A DNA stretch of 64,000 nucleotides. Origin: Eledone cirrhosa (lineage: Eukaryota). The translations under genes were made by a program, and so were the position numbers. Under the pieces are notes generated by a model. It searched no databases. It saw only the letters and a program-made list of their open reading frames with translations, and was not told the origin of the DNA. The DNA lies in contig OZ024757.1 of NCBI GenBank assembly GCA_964016885.1, forward strand, positions 38,998,001 through 39,062,000. The letters run 5' to 3'. Below, piece by piece: positions 43,107 through 57,589 of this stretch. Within the stretch, counting starts at the first letter, position 1. The number at the start of each line of letters is the position of its first letter.

Positions 43107-43485
43107 CTAGCATATATACAAATTGATACGCCGTACACTCAAACGAATATAAAAAAAATTGTCTTTATGCTAGCTATGTATATATATATATATAAATGTA
43201 GACCGCATAAAGACAAATTGATATATTATCAATGTCATCTGTGAATACATGTCACAAATACTCTATTATTTTCCATGTCAGCTGTAACCAATTACTATAT
43301 TAGTTACATTATTCGTTGAAGCTTTGTGAACCCAAAATGTTATAAACATTTATATGTGAGGAATATGTAGTTATGGCATATTATTGAAGATGATAATCAA
43401 TAGAAGCAAATATGTGTTATTAACCGGTTAATTTGTGTATCAATGATATGTCAGTGTAATTAGAGAGGCCTGATCATAATTAACA

Positions 43486-43590
43486 TCTATACATAATATA
43501 AAAGAGAGATGTTTATTGGTTGGTTGGTTATTGGCATGGTTACTTCGCACATCACACAAGAACGAACAGTGACAATTGAAATGTAAGTTC
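43486..43590 (+). mobile_element. Possible non-autonomous Helitron 5' end
   Basis: A|TCTATACATAATATAAAAG followed by (TTGG)n. The same start occurs at 11156. Confidence 0.35.
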
Positions 43591-44275
43591 AGGATTGGAA
43601 GATTTATAGATACTTTAATTTCATAACATTCATGAAGAGGAAACTATGTATAGATACGTTTTATTAAAGCTAGATAATGATTTCTAGTCGATTAAATCGG
43701 CCCCAGTACATTACTGGTACTTTATTTCATCGACCCCGTAGGGATGAAAGACAGAGTTAACCTCGGCGGGATTTGAATTCAGGTGTAAATTGCGTAATAG
43801 ATGTATACCAACGGAATGATGTTAAACTTTAAGGAAAGAAGGAAATAAAAAAACATAGAAGAAAAAGTGTGTTCATGTTTTTGACCCAGAGACAAACGAA
43901 GCAGCATGTTGTTATAATGTCTCTCTATATATATAATCAACAACGACAATGCAGTAGCCCTACAAAGATTCTAAATAACATGAGCAACATTAGCACATCA
44001 ACACGTCATACACATTACATCATATACATTGTAAAGATCATATTCTGTGTTAATAGAAATCAGCAATAACGATATAACAAAGCTTCCAGCATAACTTTAG
44101 GAAAAACAATGCAACATGGCTGACAATTACCACATCAAAATCTCAATGTTTCCCTTTCACTATCAATATTTTATGAACCTTTAATTTAGGGTAGGAGATC
44201 ACATATTTTGTAATTGATTTCACTGCAATGAAAAGTTTTAAAAGAACATGAATATTCATGCACACACACACACAT

Positions 44276-44319
<44 letters not shown>

Positions 44320-44473
44320 CTCAATAGCTGTGCCTGCGTGTGTGAATATGCAGGTGTATGATAATTTTTTTTTTATATGTATATATATATGTGTGTGTGT
44401 GTGTATGCATATACATATAAATGCATATATATATATATGCATATATATATATATAAATACATGTATATATGTG

Positions 44474-44507
<34 letters not shown>

Positions 44508-44552
44508 CACATACATATGCAAATATGTATATGCATATATATATATACATAT

Positions 44553-44586
<34 letters not shown>

Positions 44587-44720
44587 ATACACATACATAT
44601 GCAAATATGTATATGTATATATATATACACATATATATTTATATATATATATATATATGCATGTATATATATGTCCGTGTGTGCATGTATGTGTGCATGT
44701 GTTTGGTGAATTTTATATTC

Positions 44721-44754
<34 letters not shown>

Positions 44755-45151
44755 TCATATATATATATATTCATATATATATATATATATGAATATATAT
44801 ATACATATATATATACACAACATTTAACATTTGCAATTCATATAGCTGTTCTTTATTACTTTTATTTAATTTAAACATTTCTGTTCTGTTCTGGTTTTGA
44901 TCTTTTTTTCCAATAACTTTAAACGGGTTTTATGTAATGCGGTCAACCAGTTGGATTTGTAACAATGGCGTTAATTCTTCTCGGCGCAATGACATGTTCA
45001 ATGTCATGCAATATATAGTGTAAACAATGGTGAATTAAACTGAACAGTTAAGTGTTATTCAGATATGTCTGTTATCATTATTTTCTACTGTTACTACTTT
45101 CCATGTTTCTCCGTATAGAGAGAGATCTATTTATCTATTTTATCATCCCTC

Positions 45152-45185
<34 letters not shown>

Positions 45186-46008
45186 ACACATACCCTCTTT
45201 CATTCTCTCTTTCCACACCCCTCTATCTCTCTCTATATATATGCGTGTGTTAATGTATATATATATGATATATATATACGCATATATATATATATGTATG
45301 TGTATATATATATATATATATTATATATACAAATATATAGTAATAACTTTGAACTTTGAAATGTTTTGGCCAGTATTGGCCCAGGCCAATGTCTATGTAT
45401 TACTATATATATATAGTAATACATAGACATATATAGAAATACATCGCAATATATAGTAATACATAGACATATATAGAAATATATTGTAATACATAGTCAT
45501 ACATAGACATACATAGACATACATAGAAATATATTGTAATACATAGTCATACATAGACATATATAGAAATGTATAGTAATACATAGACATACATAGACAT
45601 ACATAGCAATATATAGCAATGTATAGAAATGTTATGTAGAAGAGATAGAGGGTAGAGGAGTGAGTGTACGAAATACTGCAATAGAATGAGAAATAGAGAG
45701 AGGTGCGAATAAAGGGGGTAGGGGGAGGAGTGAGAAAGGCAACGAAATTTGATAATATCCATAAAACAGAATATTAACAGATTTTATGTTGTAAATTTCA
45801 TTGAATATATGAAAGACAACCTTTAGGTGATGACCTAATGAATTCTGTTAATTACGTCACCGTTCTTGGCTTACTATAATCAAATGTGATTAGATTTCTT
45901 TAGATTCCTTAATTATATTTATTGCTGTCACGTGATTCGTTAAATCTCTTTCATCATTGTCTTTATATTGTGAAACACACACACACACTCACACACACAG
46001 ACACACAC

Positions 46009-46040
<32 letters not shown>

Positions 46041-47494
46041 GTATGTATACACATACATACACACATACTTATACATAAGGAAACAGAGTGAAACACATAT
46101 ACATACACATCCTACATACATATTTGGAAACCGAATGAAACACCCACATACATATACACATAGATATACATATATATAAATACACACTCACACACACACA
46201 TACATACACACATACATACATACATACACACATACACATACACACAAACACTCACACTCTCTCACACACTAAACCATTTTTCAATGGTGCCTTGTTTGTT
46301 TTAACCATTATTCTCCAGCTAAAGGTAACGGAGAGAGTAGAATACTTTGCAATATTTCTTCCGAATCAGCACAATGTAATTTCAAGTCCTGCCTTTCAAT
46401 ATGTCTGACTTATTTACCCTTTCCGTTTACCTCTTGCTCCAAATTTCTGGCAGTGTACCTCCGCGAGTTCACCCCGTCGTCAAATATACCTGCTAGATAT
46501 TGCACCCAAATATTTTCTCAAACTATATATATAGTTGAGGTATGTTGTGTAGTGGTTATAGTGTTGGCTGCTCTCACGTCTATAAATTAGTCACGTCTAT
46601 ATATTAGTCAGGGGCAAAGGGGTATTTTTCTCTAAGACCTCTGCGCTGGCCGACCCCACCAATGACCGCCGTAGCAATGTATTTGTGCCCTCAGCTGGAA
46701 TTTGTAGTTTTAGGATGGTGAGAAGTTTTGAATACATGATAACACTTGTATGTATAACTTTTCAATTCCAATTTCTTGTTCCAAGCTGTGTTGTTTAGTT
46801 GTTATAGTGATGGACTCACGACTCTAAATTAAGGGATCCGCTTTCGGAAGCAAACAACACGTTGGGTCCTTGAGGAAAATATTTTTCAAATTTTCCCCAT
46901 TTTCCAGGTGTTGCGAACATCAAATAATATCATTAATGTAAAGTCTAATGTAAGCCATGTTTATTTGATCTAATTTAACGCTTAGTTCCTATGTTTTCTT
47001 TCTTTCTCTTCCATATCTAGTTGTAGTTATTCTCTCTTTTATAAGAAAGTGTATTGTTATTTGCTGAGTGACTCAAAATGGCTTCCCTGATCGCTCGTAA
47101 AAGTCTTTAGTAACATTATTTATATCTCTTTGTGTTCTAAGTTAAAATCCCACCGTGTCCTGTTTGTCATTCCAACTCAACACAGGAGGCCTGTTAAACT
47201 ATATATAAACTAAAACGAACTGTTGTTCGGCTAACCTACTTACAAGCATACGAGAACGAAGAGGAAGGGGTGGTGATGGTGGTGGTGATGGTGGTGGTGC
47301 AAGTGGTGGTGGTGCAAGTGGTGGTGCAGGTGATGGCGGTGATGATGATGGTGTGTGTGTTTCGAGACTTTATACTCAATATCATGATTCAATTATCCCC
47401 CATCCCCAATCAATATAATCACACTCCTCTCATCTTCCTTCTCTCTCCCCCTCTCTCCTTCCTTCCCTCTCCCCCTCTCTCATTGGGTCATAAT

Positions 47495-47618
47495 CAGCTC
47501 CGACATCAAATCCCGCCGTGGTTAACTTTGCCTTTCATCCTTACGGGGTTGATAAAATAAAGTACCAGTAATGTACTGGTTATTTGCTGGCCTTGTGCCT
47601 AACGTAGAAACAATTATT
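47495..47618 (+). mobile_element. SINE family 1, truncated
   Basis: Body and tail. Confidence 0.8.
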
Positions 47619-48042
47619 TTCATCATCATCATTATCAACATTACAATTGACACTCACGTCACCATCACTATCACCATCATCATCATCATTACAGCCAACA
47701 CTCACTCCTGTCACCATCACTACCATCATCATCATACTGTCATCACTGACGACACCATAACTCTCATCAGTATCATAATTCGTCATCATCATCATCACCA
47801 TTATCAGAAACCTCATCAATACCATCATCATCATCATCATCATATGTTATTGAAATACAAAGAAATATGTCCAAGAGTCTCCAGCGATATTCTGGTGTTA
47901 AGTATTCCATTAATAAACAGTTCAGTCGTGCCAACGTAGATGTCGCCACTGTCTCTTCTTAGACGACGATATTGTGACAACTGTGATGTATAATATATGA
48001 AAACATTCTTGTCACATTGTTACATTCTAAGAACAGTTGTGT

Positions 48043-48128
<86 letters not shown>

Positions 48129-48277
48129 CAGACACACAAACAGATACATAGATACTCTACACACACATACACACAGCCAGGTATATATATATATGTGTGT
48201 GTGTGTTTGTATATATGTATAGTTGCATATATATATATATATATATATACATATATACATACATATATATGTATAGT

Positions 48278-48323
<46 letters not shown>

Positions 48324-48536
48324 TATGTATAGTTGCATATATATATATATATATATACATATATATGTATAGTTGCATATATATATATATATATATACAT
48401 ATATATGTATAGTTGCATATATATATATATATATATACATATATATGTATAGTTGCATATATATATATATATATATACATATATATGTATAGTTGCATAT
48501 ATATATATATATATATACATATATATGTATAGTTGC

Positions 48537-48569
<33 letters not shown>

Positions 48570-48663
48570 TATGTATAGTTGCATAGATATATATATATAC
48601 ACGCATATACATATATATATATATATATACACGCATATACATATATATATATACATATATACA

Positions 48664-48698
<35 letters not shown>

Positions 48699-48724
48699 GC
48701 ATATATATATATATATATATATAT

Positions 48725-48862
48725 AGTGGTGGAACACTGGAAGGTAATATCCGTAGTGGTAGAGCACTCAGTCCAAGGGACGAGTTAGGTAGAAGACGTT
48801 ACACAACAGTTAGTTCACCATACCGAGAACATGGTATGGTGAACTAACTGTTGTATAACCAC

Positions 48863-48865
<3 letters not shown>
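48725..48865 (-). mobile_element. Family C pLTR end with 27-bp inverted arms
   Basis: 48798-48824 / 48833-48859 inverted. Same sequence as 49404-49451. Confidence 0.75.
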
Positions 48866-48899
<34 letters not shown>

Positions 48900-49334
48900 T
48901 ATATAGATATATCCCTGGAGATAAAGATAAATACAAAAGAAATATATACAATACATATATTAATGGATTGCTTTGTGAGACTTGTCAATTTACCAAATTG
49001 ATTATAAACATTTCCTTGTGCACCAAACTTGTAACAATAACAAGGAAGCACTTATACTTATAATGGATTTATCACTGGTTTCGCCGCTTCCTGGCCGGTG
49101 GATTAGACGAGTCGTTAGTGCGTTGAAATAAATACCACTGTATATGTTTCTGACTCGGTTCTCTATATTCTGTGTTCAAATCCCGGTCACTACGCGATTA
49201 TAGTAAAAGATATTTTCTCATTGTTTTTTTTTTGTTTTCTTTTTTCAACCTGCTACGCATTTTAGACAGATTCTAAACACACGAGGTTACAAAGTGGAAT
49301 CTTTAACAACACATCCATCCTTGCACCACCACAC

Positions 49335-49408
<74 letters not shown>

Positions 49409-49442
49409 GGTTACACAACAGTTAGTTCACCATACCGACATA

Positions 49443-49482
49443 CCGAGAACAATTGTTTCACCTTCGCGGATCTTCAGCTCGG
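49443..49482 (-). ncRNA. Minimal type I hammerhead ribozyme (family C)
   Basis: Minus strand: ccgag-CUGAAGA-u-cc gcgaa gg-u-GAAA-caauug-UU-cucgg. Confidence 0.85.
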
Positions 49483-49703
49483 GATGTATATGGTTATAGG
49501 AACAGGAAGGACAACCGTACGAACGCGCATGCGCAGAAACTCGGTCACTTCACGCAGACAATAGTAGACTGCGTGCGGGGGCGTAAGGGAGATAGCTGCG
49601 AAAGTCCGGAAAGTGTTTTGGTTGAAAATAAAATTTAAAAAATTTAAAAATAAAATTACAAAGAATCAGTCCGAGCCTTGTAGTTATGTAATAGATGTCT
49701 GGT

Positions 49704-49737
<34 letters not shown>

Positions 49738-49745
49738 TGTCTGGT

Positions 49746-49787
<42 letters not shown>

Positions 49788-50020
49788 TGTCTGGTGACAT
49801 ATATATATATATATATAACGAAGGAAATGTAGTAAGGAACCAGGTGGACCATAACGCACCAAAGTACTCAATACTTAGGATAGTAGAGTGGGTAATAGGA
49901 ACGAGTAGGACCCCGACGGCTGAGCTCAAAAAAATTCTGAACTAAAAAAAAAAATAAATAAATAAATTTCTCCTGAAAAAGGACGTCAGCCCGACACATC
50001 AAACTTTATTTCGTCTTTCG

Positions 50021-50076
<56 letters not shown>

Positions 50077-50196
50077 TTAATAAGAGGAATTCCAACTTTG
50101 TCTGATTTACTCGTTTTATTTACAATCCTTTAAAATATATATAATATGGTATTATAATGAAATAGTATGATAGAATATTAAATTCTAAGTGTTAAT

Positions 50197-50235
50197 TGAA
50201 CAAGTACTTTCATGCTCTCGCAATCTTCAGGTTCA
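50197..50235 (-). ncRNA. Mirror copy of the 50340-50378 hammerhead
   Basis: Exact reverse complement within the left arm. Confidence 0.8.
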
Positions 50236-50339
50236 TGATATGTGGTGACAGTCGAGTTTGCAATTTTCAACTGTTGAAAATTTCACAGTTGAAAATTTTC
50301 ACAGTTGAAAATTGCAAACTCGACTGTCACCACATATCA

Positions 50340-50378
50340 TGAACCTGAAGATTGCGAGAGCATGAAAGTACTTGTTCA
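50340..50378 (+). ncRNA. Minimal type I hammerhead ribozyme
   Basis: ugaac-CUGAAGA-u-ugc gaga gca-u-GAAA-guac-UU-guuca. Confidence 0.85.
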
Positions 50379-50544
50379 ATTAACACTTAGAATTTAATAT
50401 TCTATCATACTATTTCATTATAATACCATATTATATATATTTTAAAGGATTGTAAATAAAACGAGTAAATCAGACAAAGTTGGAATTCCTCTTATTAATA
50501 TAATCTTCTATACACAATCATACACACCCGTGTATATTTACCTA

Positions 50545-50583
<39 letters not shown>

Positions 50584-51532
50584 ATTGATATATGCATGCA
50601 TGTTTGAGCATCAATTACATTTATAGATATTTAATTCGAGATGTTTCCTTCTCTGTTAATTATTGACTTCATGTCTTCACTAACGGATCTCAAGAAACCG
50701 TTTGTGTTTGTTTGAAAATCAGTTGTTTCTAACAGGTGTCATGCTTCGTTAACATGTTTTATTGAAATTATTTCTTGTTTGTGAGATATGAAGCTGTATT
50801 CAATCACCCTGAGATACAGTGGAGAAGGTTCTACCAATTTTGTAATTCAATTGTCCTCGTTAAACCACGTACAAAGGCAGCTTGTAATAATAACCCAATA
50901 TTATATAATTATTATTACCGAAACATTTTTTTTTTTCGTTTTCGTTTTTATTTATTTTATTTGTTTTTTGTTATAGGGTTTGTTTTGCTTTTTTTTGACG
51001 AGAGGGCAGCTTTTATTAATAAGTAGATTTCCCCGACTCAGATATTTTCCCCTCAGGGTTTTATTAGCACACTGATGCTTTTTCTTTAAACTTATTCTAT
51101 TGAAATGTTAGTGACTTGAGGCATACTGCAGTAACATTCTGCTCGCTGATTTTCATTCACTGCAGCACATTTCGCATGAAGAACACATGGTGTCTTTTAT
51201 CAACGATTTTGTTTATGCTATAATTCAATAAATTACAGCTCTTTAGTTACTTAAAATATTTTCTGCGTGTAAATTATAATTATATAATATTCTGTACTAT
51301 ATAATAACCAAGGACTTCCGTTGATAGCAACGTTGTGTAGTTCAATTAATTTAATCAACGAAACTGCCTGCTCGTAAAATTAAAGTATGCTTGCACTGTT
51401 AACTATATTTTCTCAGGAAGATTCTGTGTGGCACACTGTATGACATTGGTGGCCTCTTAAATTAGATGGAATATTCTTAGTTGCCTCAATTAGAAATTAT
51501 TAAGTAGAAATTATGTCACAGTTGTAACTGGT

Positions 51533-51567
<35 letters not shown>

Positions 51568-51761
51568 CTCTGTCTCTCCCCCTCGCTCTCTCCTTCTCTG
51601 TTTCTTTCTCTACCACAACTCTGAAGGACCAGCAAGAACAACACCACATCTGCCTCTGTCACTCTCCTTCTCTGTCTCTTTCTTTCTTTCTTTCTCTCGT
51701 TCTCTTTCTTGTTCTCTCTTTCTATATATCTCTCTCGTTCTTTCTCTATCGTTCGGTGTCC

Positions 51762-51902
<141 letters not shown>

Positions 51903-52899
51903 GTTCCCTCTTTCTCGTTCTCTCTTTCTATATATATCTCTCTCTCGATCTATCTCTATCGTTCGGTGTCCCTCTTTCTCTCTTTATATATATATATATA
52001 TCTCCTTGTTCCATACTCTCTTTCACTCTCGCTTTATATCTCCTTTTATCCCACCCTCCCTACCATCCACCTATTACGGGTACATCTGGTTTCTCCTAAC
52101 TCCTTAGTTTATAGATTCTCCATCTTCTATAGATTCCCTTCATTTCACTTACAAAACAATGGTTAAATAAATGTTTTTCCATTGTTTATTTCCTACCAGC
52201 GGCGAAATTGTTTTTCTACCATTTTATATTGCTGTTCAACTATCGACGATAGGAAAATAACACTATGTGTGTATATCTGTGTGTATATATGTATATATAT
52301 ACATATATATGTGTGTGTGTAAATATATTTATATATATACATACATGTATATATATATATATATATAAACATACACACAAAAAAAACTTATAACATTATA
52401 TAATTCTATTTTTTTTTTAAATAGTTCAGAAAGGGAGGTAAGCGGGGCTAATTCAGATTCTGTAAAGAAGAATAAAAAGATAAAGTTTAATAATAATAAC
52501 AACAATAAATATCGAAATACATAAAAGTTGAGTTCGAAGAAACCAGCACCAATAAATTGACAATAAATCACTAGCAGAGATCGATAAAGGAAACTATTTT
52601 CGCTTTCACATTATTGCTGTTGTTATTGTTATGTTGTTGTTATCATTGTTATTATCATCATTATTATTTGTAGTAGTAGTAGTAGTAGTAGTAGTAGTTT
52701 TAGTAATTGTGTTGGTAGTAGTAATAGTAGTAGTAGTAGTACCACCAGCAGAAATCTGGTGTTGGTCGTGGTAGTGCAATCGTCTTCTTCTTCTTTGCCT
52801 TCTTCTTCTTTGCCTTCTTTTTCTTTGCCTTCTTCTTCTTTGCCTTCTTCTTCTTCTTGGTGGTGGTATTAGTAGTAGTATCACCCCAATAACAACACA

Positions 52900-53340
52900 C
52901 CACTAGAAACACATGCCCATAGTATCGTAGCTGTGATCTCTTGATTCGAAGAAGTAGTAGCGCTACCTTGAGTGTCTCTCTGATCTCCAAACTGCAAATC
53001 TGTCCAGTGATTCTTTCCTAAGACATTCTAACGACATGTCCATAGTATCAGCGCTGTGATGTCTCAATTCGGAGGAGTAACAGCTCTACCTGGAGTGACT
53101 TTCTGATCCCCGAGCTACACATTCTTTCCTAAGACTTTCTAACCATATGTCCATAGAACCGGAGCAGTGTTCTCTCAATTCAGAGAAGTAGCGGCTCTAC
53201 TTTGAGTGACTCCCTGATGTCCGAGCTACGCACTTTATTGTGTGACGTTACTTCAAAAACCCTTCAGATGAATCCCATTTCGGCCACCTGTATTCCTGAT
53301 CGTATTCTTTCGGCCATTACCCAAGATTCATGACCATAAA
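52900..53340 (-). mobile_element. RTE (Expander/Rex3-like) fragment with 111+123 bp internal duplication
   Basis: Minus frame YGHESWVMAERIRSGIQVAEMGF..KVRSSDIRESLKVEPLLL, then two repeats. Confidence 0.85.
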
Positions 53341-53809
53341 AGTGGAGTTTGTTTCAGCTACTTACGATCCAATTTCAGCTGCCTTTCGAGCTAATTTTTT
53401 TCTTTTTTCCCCAAAATTAATTGACAATCACAAACAATACCATTCATTAGAAACATGGTGAGGAAAGGGTTGATAGATCTTAATATAATGGCCGGCACTT
53501 TGAACAAGTAGTTCTAGCTATATAGAAAAACAATATAGTATAGATATGAGTAGAAAATATTTGATTACAGCTGACCCGAAGCTAAACAGCAACAAAAACA
53601 AAAGCCTACTTTTCGTCAAGTTACTGCTTTCATGTTAATTCGGGAAGAACTTTTGTGTGGAACTTAGCCGTCTCTCTTTCTAGTTTCTTCTTTCATGTGA
53701 GATCTTCTGTTGGTTGAATCGGTCCACCAGTATCCGTTGCACACGATATTCTAAGGATTCTTTTCTTCTTTACGTATTATAAGTTTACTTAATCTATCAA
53801 ACACGCTCT

Positions 53810-54520
53810 CTACTTTACTGCTGCTGCTTCTACTACTACTACTACTACTACTACTACTAGTAATAATAATAATAATAATATTATTACTACTAATTCCGTT
53901 ACCAATAACACCACTACCACTACTCTTAATACTGATACTACTACCACGAATACAACTACTACTACTACCATCACCACCACTATCACAACTACTACTACCA
54001 TCACCACCACTATCACAACTACTACTACCATCACCACCACTCTATCACAACTACTACTACTATTAGTACTATTCCTACTACTATTGCCACCACCATTACA
54101 ACTACTACAACATTGTGTTACCAATATCACCACCACCAAAACTGTTACTACTACAACTGTAACAAATAGATTATAAGATGAACTAAAGGAGAAAAGAAGA
54201 GATAAATGAATGATGGTAGTGGTAGTGGTAGTGGTGGTAGTGGTAGTAGTAGTGGTGGTGGTGGTAGTAGTAGTGGTAGTGGTAGTAGTGGTGGTAGTAG
54301 TGGTAGTAGTAGTGGTAGTGGTGGTGGTGGTAGTAGTGGTGGTGGTGGTGGTGGTAGTGGTGGTAGTGGTAGTGGTGGTATTGGTAGTGGTGGTAGTGGT
54401 AGTAGTAGTAGTGGTGGTAGTGGTAGTAGTGGTAGTAGTTGTAGTAGTAGTAGTGGTAGTATTAGTAGTGGTGGTCGTGGTAGTAGTAGTAATACCAACA
54501 ACACTAATACTACTACTGCC
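53810..54520. repeat. (ACT/ACC)n and (GGT/AGT)n microsatellites
   Basis: Visible. Confidence 0.9.
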
Positions 54521-54639
54521 AATGGTAATGGTGTCTTTATTGGTCACAAGGACCACTATCACCAACGATAATAATATTGGGTTCTGATTTAGGTGGGATT
54601 TCAACTCAGAACCTCCTTCCTTTTCTTGTGGTGTCCACA

Positions 54640-54820
54640 AGAATGTCAGTTACAAACCTTAGCTAGATGTCGTTCCAACACAGCTGAACACATTGCTGTC
54701 CTTTCTCTTTAAACTCTGCCAAGTCCACTGCTGTGCAGGGGTGTTCCAGCAAGGGACATATCAGGAGGTGCTGCATAGTCTGTGGTTCGATGCCGCAGTC
54801 ACATACAACATGCCCAGCCT
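54640..54820 (-). mobile_element. LINE 3' end with CCHC knuckle (Ingi/Vingi/I-group-like)
   Basis: Minus frame CDCGIEPQTMQHLLICPLLEHPCTAVDLAEF. Confidence 0.7.
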
Positions 54821-55195
54821 TTAGAGTAAAGCCACTATATATATATACACACTATATATAATATACCACACTATATATAACATACCACACTATATATACC
54901 ACACTATATATTTATAGAGAGAGAATTCACAAGAATCAAAGCTATGTTCAAAGCATTTGATTCTTGTGAATTCTATATAACTGCTCTGTAGAACAACTGA
55001 TGTTATTATATCTTACTGATAATAAGGTAGTAATAAATTACTGACCTTCACTGCTTAGGTTTAAAATATATATAACTATAAAAAGTTTTAGTATATACAT
55101 AACCATAAATAGTATCCTTAATATTATATATATATATATATAAAGATATATATATATGTATAAGATCAAAAGATGGTTAAAAGATTTCCATGTAT

Positions 55196-55259
55196 TTTTA
55201 TTATGCGCATTTCAAAAACAAATATCATGGGATGATATTTGCGTTCTCATCAGATAAAA
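55196..55259 (-). ncRNA. Minimal type I hammerhead ribozyme with long stem II
   Basis: Minus strand: uuuuau-CUGAUGA-gaacgcaaauaucau ccc augauauuuguuuuu-GAAA-ugcgca-UA-auaaaa. Confidence 0.85.
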
Positions 55260-55309
55260 TAGGAAGACATGATATGAAGCTTAAAAAACACTTGCGAGCA
55301 GTGAAGTGT

Positions 55310-55359
<50 letters not shown>

Positions 55360-55450
55360 TAAAAGCTCTACGGTTCTTATATATCTGATATATATTTATC
55401 CTTATCGAGCCCTCTTTGGATTTTAGTCTTCAAATTTATTATTATTACTA

Positions 55451-55510
<60 letters not shown>

Positions 55511-55544
55511 ACATCATATGTACACTATATACAAGAATAAACGA

Positions 55545-55735
55545 GTCTTCTTGTCGTATCAGTTACAAACCTTAGGTAGATGTGATTCCGCCCGCTGCTG
55601 AACACATTGCTGTCCTTTCTGATTGAACTCTGCAAGTCCACTGCTGTGCAGGGGTGTTCCAGTAGGGAGCATATCAGTAGGTGCTGCGTAATCTGTGGTC
55701 CGATGTCGCAGTCACACATAACGTCCACATCCTAT
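55545..55735 (-). mobile_element. Second copy of the CCHC LINE 3' end
   Basis: ORF 55525-55728 reads CDCDIGPQITQHLLICSLLEHPC. Diverged from 54640-54820. Confidence 0.7.
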
Positions 55736-56044
55736 AAATATCCACATAAAGCAGGATGCAGAGAAGGATAAAGGGCCATAACACTATGCCACAAAGTATG
55801 TTGTTCGACTCTCTGCCAATCCACCCCCCTTAATAATACAGATTTCTTTTTGTTTGTATTGCTAATCATATACAATATATATATATATATATAGGTATAT
55901 ATATTTATATATAAGAAATCTGGTGTACTCTGGCCTGAAGAGGGGTGGCCTCCACCGGACTTTAACTGCCCAAGAAACTCTATATGTCAATACGGTGTCC
56001 CTACAACTCCCCAGGAGTTACGGGGTCACACCATACCATACCAT

Positions 56045-56850
56045 ATTTATATAAACGTATATATATTTTTATATTTATATAAGCGTATTTATATTTTTAT
56101 ATCTATAAAATAAAGCACCAGTAATGTACTGGGGTCGATTTAATCAACTTTCCCCTGCCCCAAAATTATTGGCCTTGTGCCTATACGAGAAATCATTTAT
56201 AAAAAAACGTATGTTTATATTTATATAAACGTATCTAATCTATATTTATATATTCATATAAACGTATATATATTTATATAAACGTATGTATATATATGTT
56301 TATGTATTTATATAAACGTATGTATATTTATATATTCATATAAACATCTGTATATTGTTATACTTATATAAACGTATATATATATATTTATATATTTACA
56401 TAAACGTATGTGTATTTATGTATTTATATAAACGTATGTATAATTTTATATTCCTATAAACGTATATATAGTTTATATATTTATATAAACGTATGTATAT
56501 TTATATAAACGTATGTAGATTTATATATTTTTATAAACGTATGTATATTTATATATTCATATAAAGATCTGTATATGTTTATACTTATATAAACGTATAT
56601 ATGTATGTATATATATATATACATATATGTATTAATATAAACGTATGTGTATTTATGTATTTATATAAACGTATGTATATTTTTATATTTATATAAACGT
56701 ATGTGTATTTATGTATTTATATAAACGTATGTATATTTTTATATTTATATAAACGTATGTATATTTATGTATTTATATAAACGTATGTATATTTATGTAT
56801 TTATATAAACGTATGTATATGTTTATATTTATATAAACGTATGTATATTC
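56045..56850. repeat. Minisatellite built on ataaacgtatgtatattt, with a SINE fragment at 56105-56195
   Basis: Visible. Confidence 0.85.
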
Positions 56851-57355
56851 ATGTATATATATTGATATATTTACACAAAAATATCAGTGATTTCCCGTGC
56901 GTTCTTTTGCATGGGTTTGTGTTTCAGTGTTTTACAATATATTGGGGAATCTTATAAGATATATCACTGCTTGTGTTCCTGGCCGGTGAATATCCTGTAA
57001 ATGAGACACAAAGTTAAAAAGTAACACAAACAAAACCCGTCATTAAGCTCTAGCCCAGCTCATCACAGTCCATTGTCATTCCTTGCTTTTTATCATTTTG
57101 TTTTCCCTATTTAAGTGTCTTTTCAGATTTCTCACAGAATTTATACCATTGGATATCGATATCGTATCGAATATTATGCAGTGACTGTATATGTAGATTG
57201 TAATGATGTGCCTGATCCAAGTTTTCTCTTTAGAAACAGAACGATAAACGTGTGTGCCCCCACATAATAGGAGAAATAAGAAACAGATTGTTTCATTTGA
57301 GAAGAAAGAGAAGATTCTGACACCATATTAGCGTTCATTCTCTCTCTCTCTCTCT

Positions 57356-57414
<59 letters not shown>

Positions 57415-57506
57415 TCATTCTCCCTCCTCTATCTCAGTCTCTTTCCTTTTCTCTCACCCTCTCTCTATATATATATCATTCTACCCTCTTTTTCTCCATC
57501 TCCGTC

Positions 57507-57551
<45 letters not shown>

Positions 57552-57556
57552 CTCTT

Positions 57557-57589
<33 letters not shown>

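Larger units (their letters stand above)
50073..50545 (+). mobile_element. PLE-type inverted pLTR pair: 202-bp palindrome arms plus about 40-bp tail
   Basis: 50073-50274 and 50301-50502 are reverse complements with no mismatch seen. 26-nt spacer; (TA)n on both sides. Confidence 0.9.
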
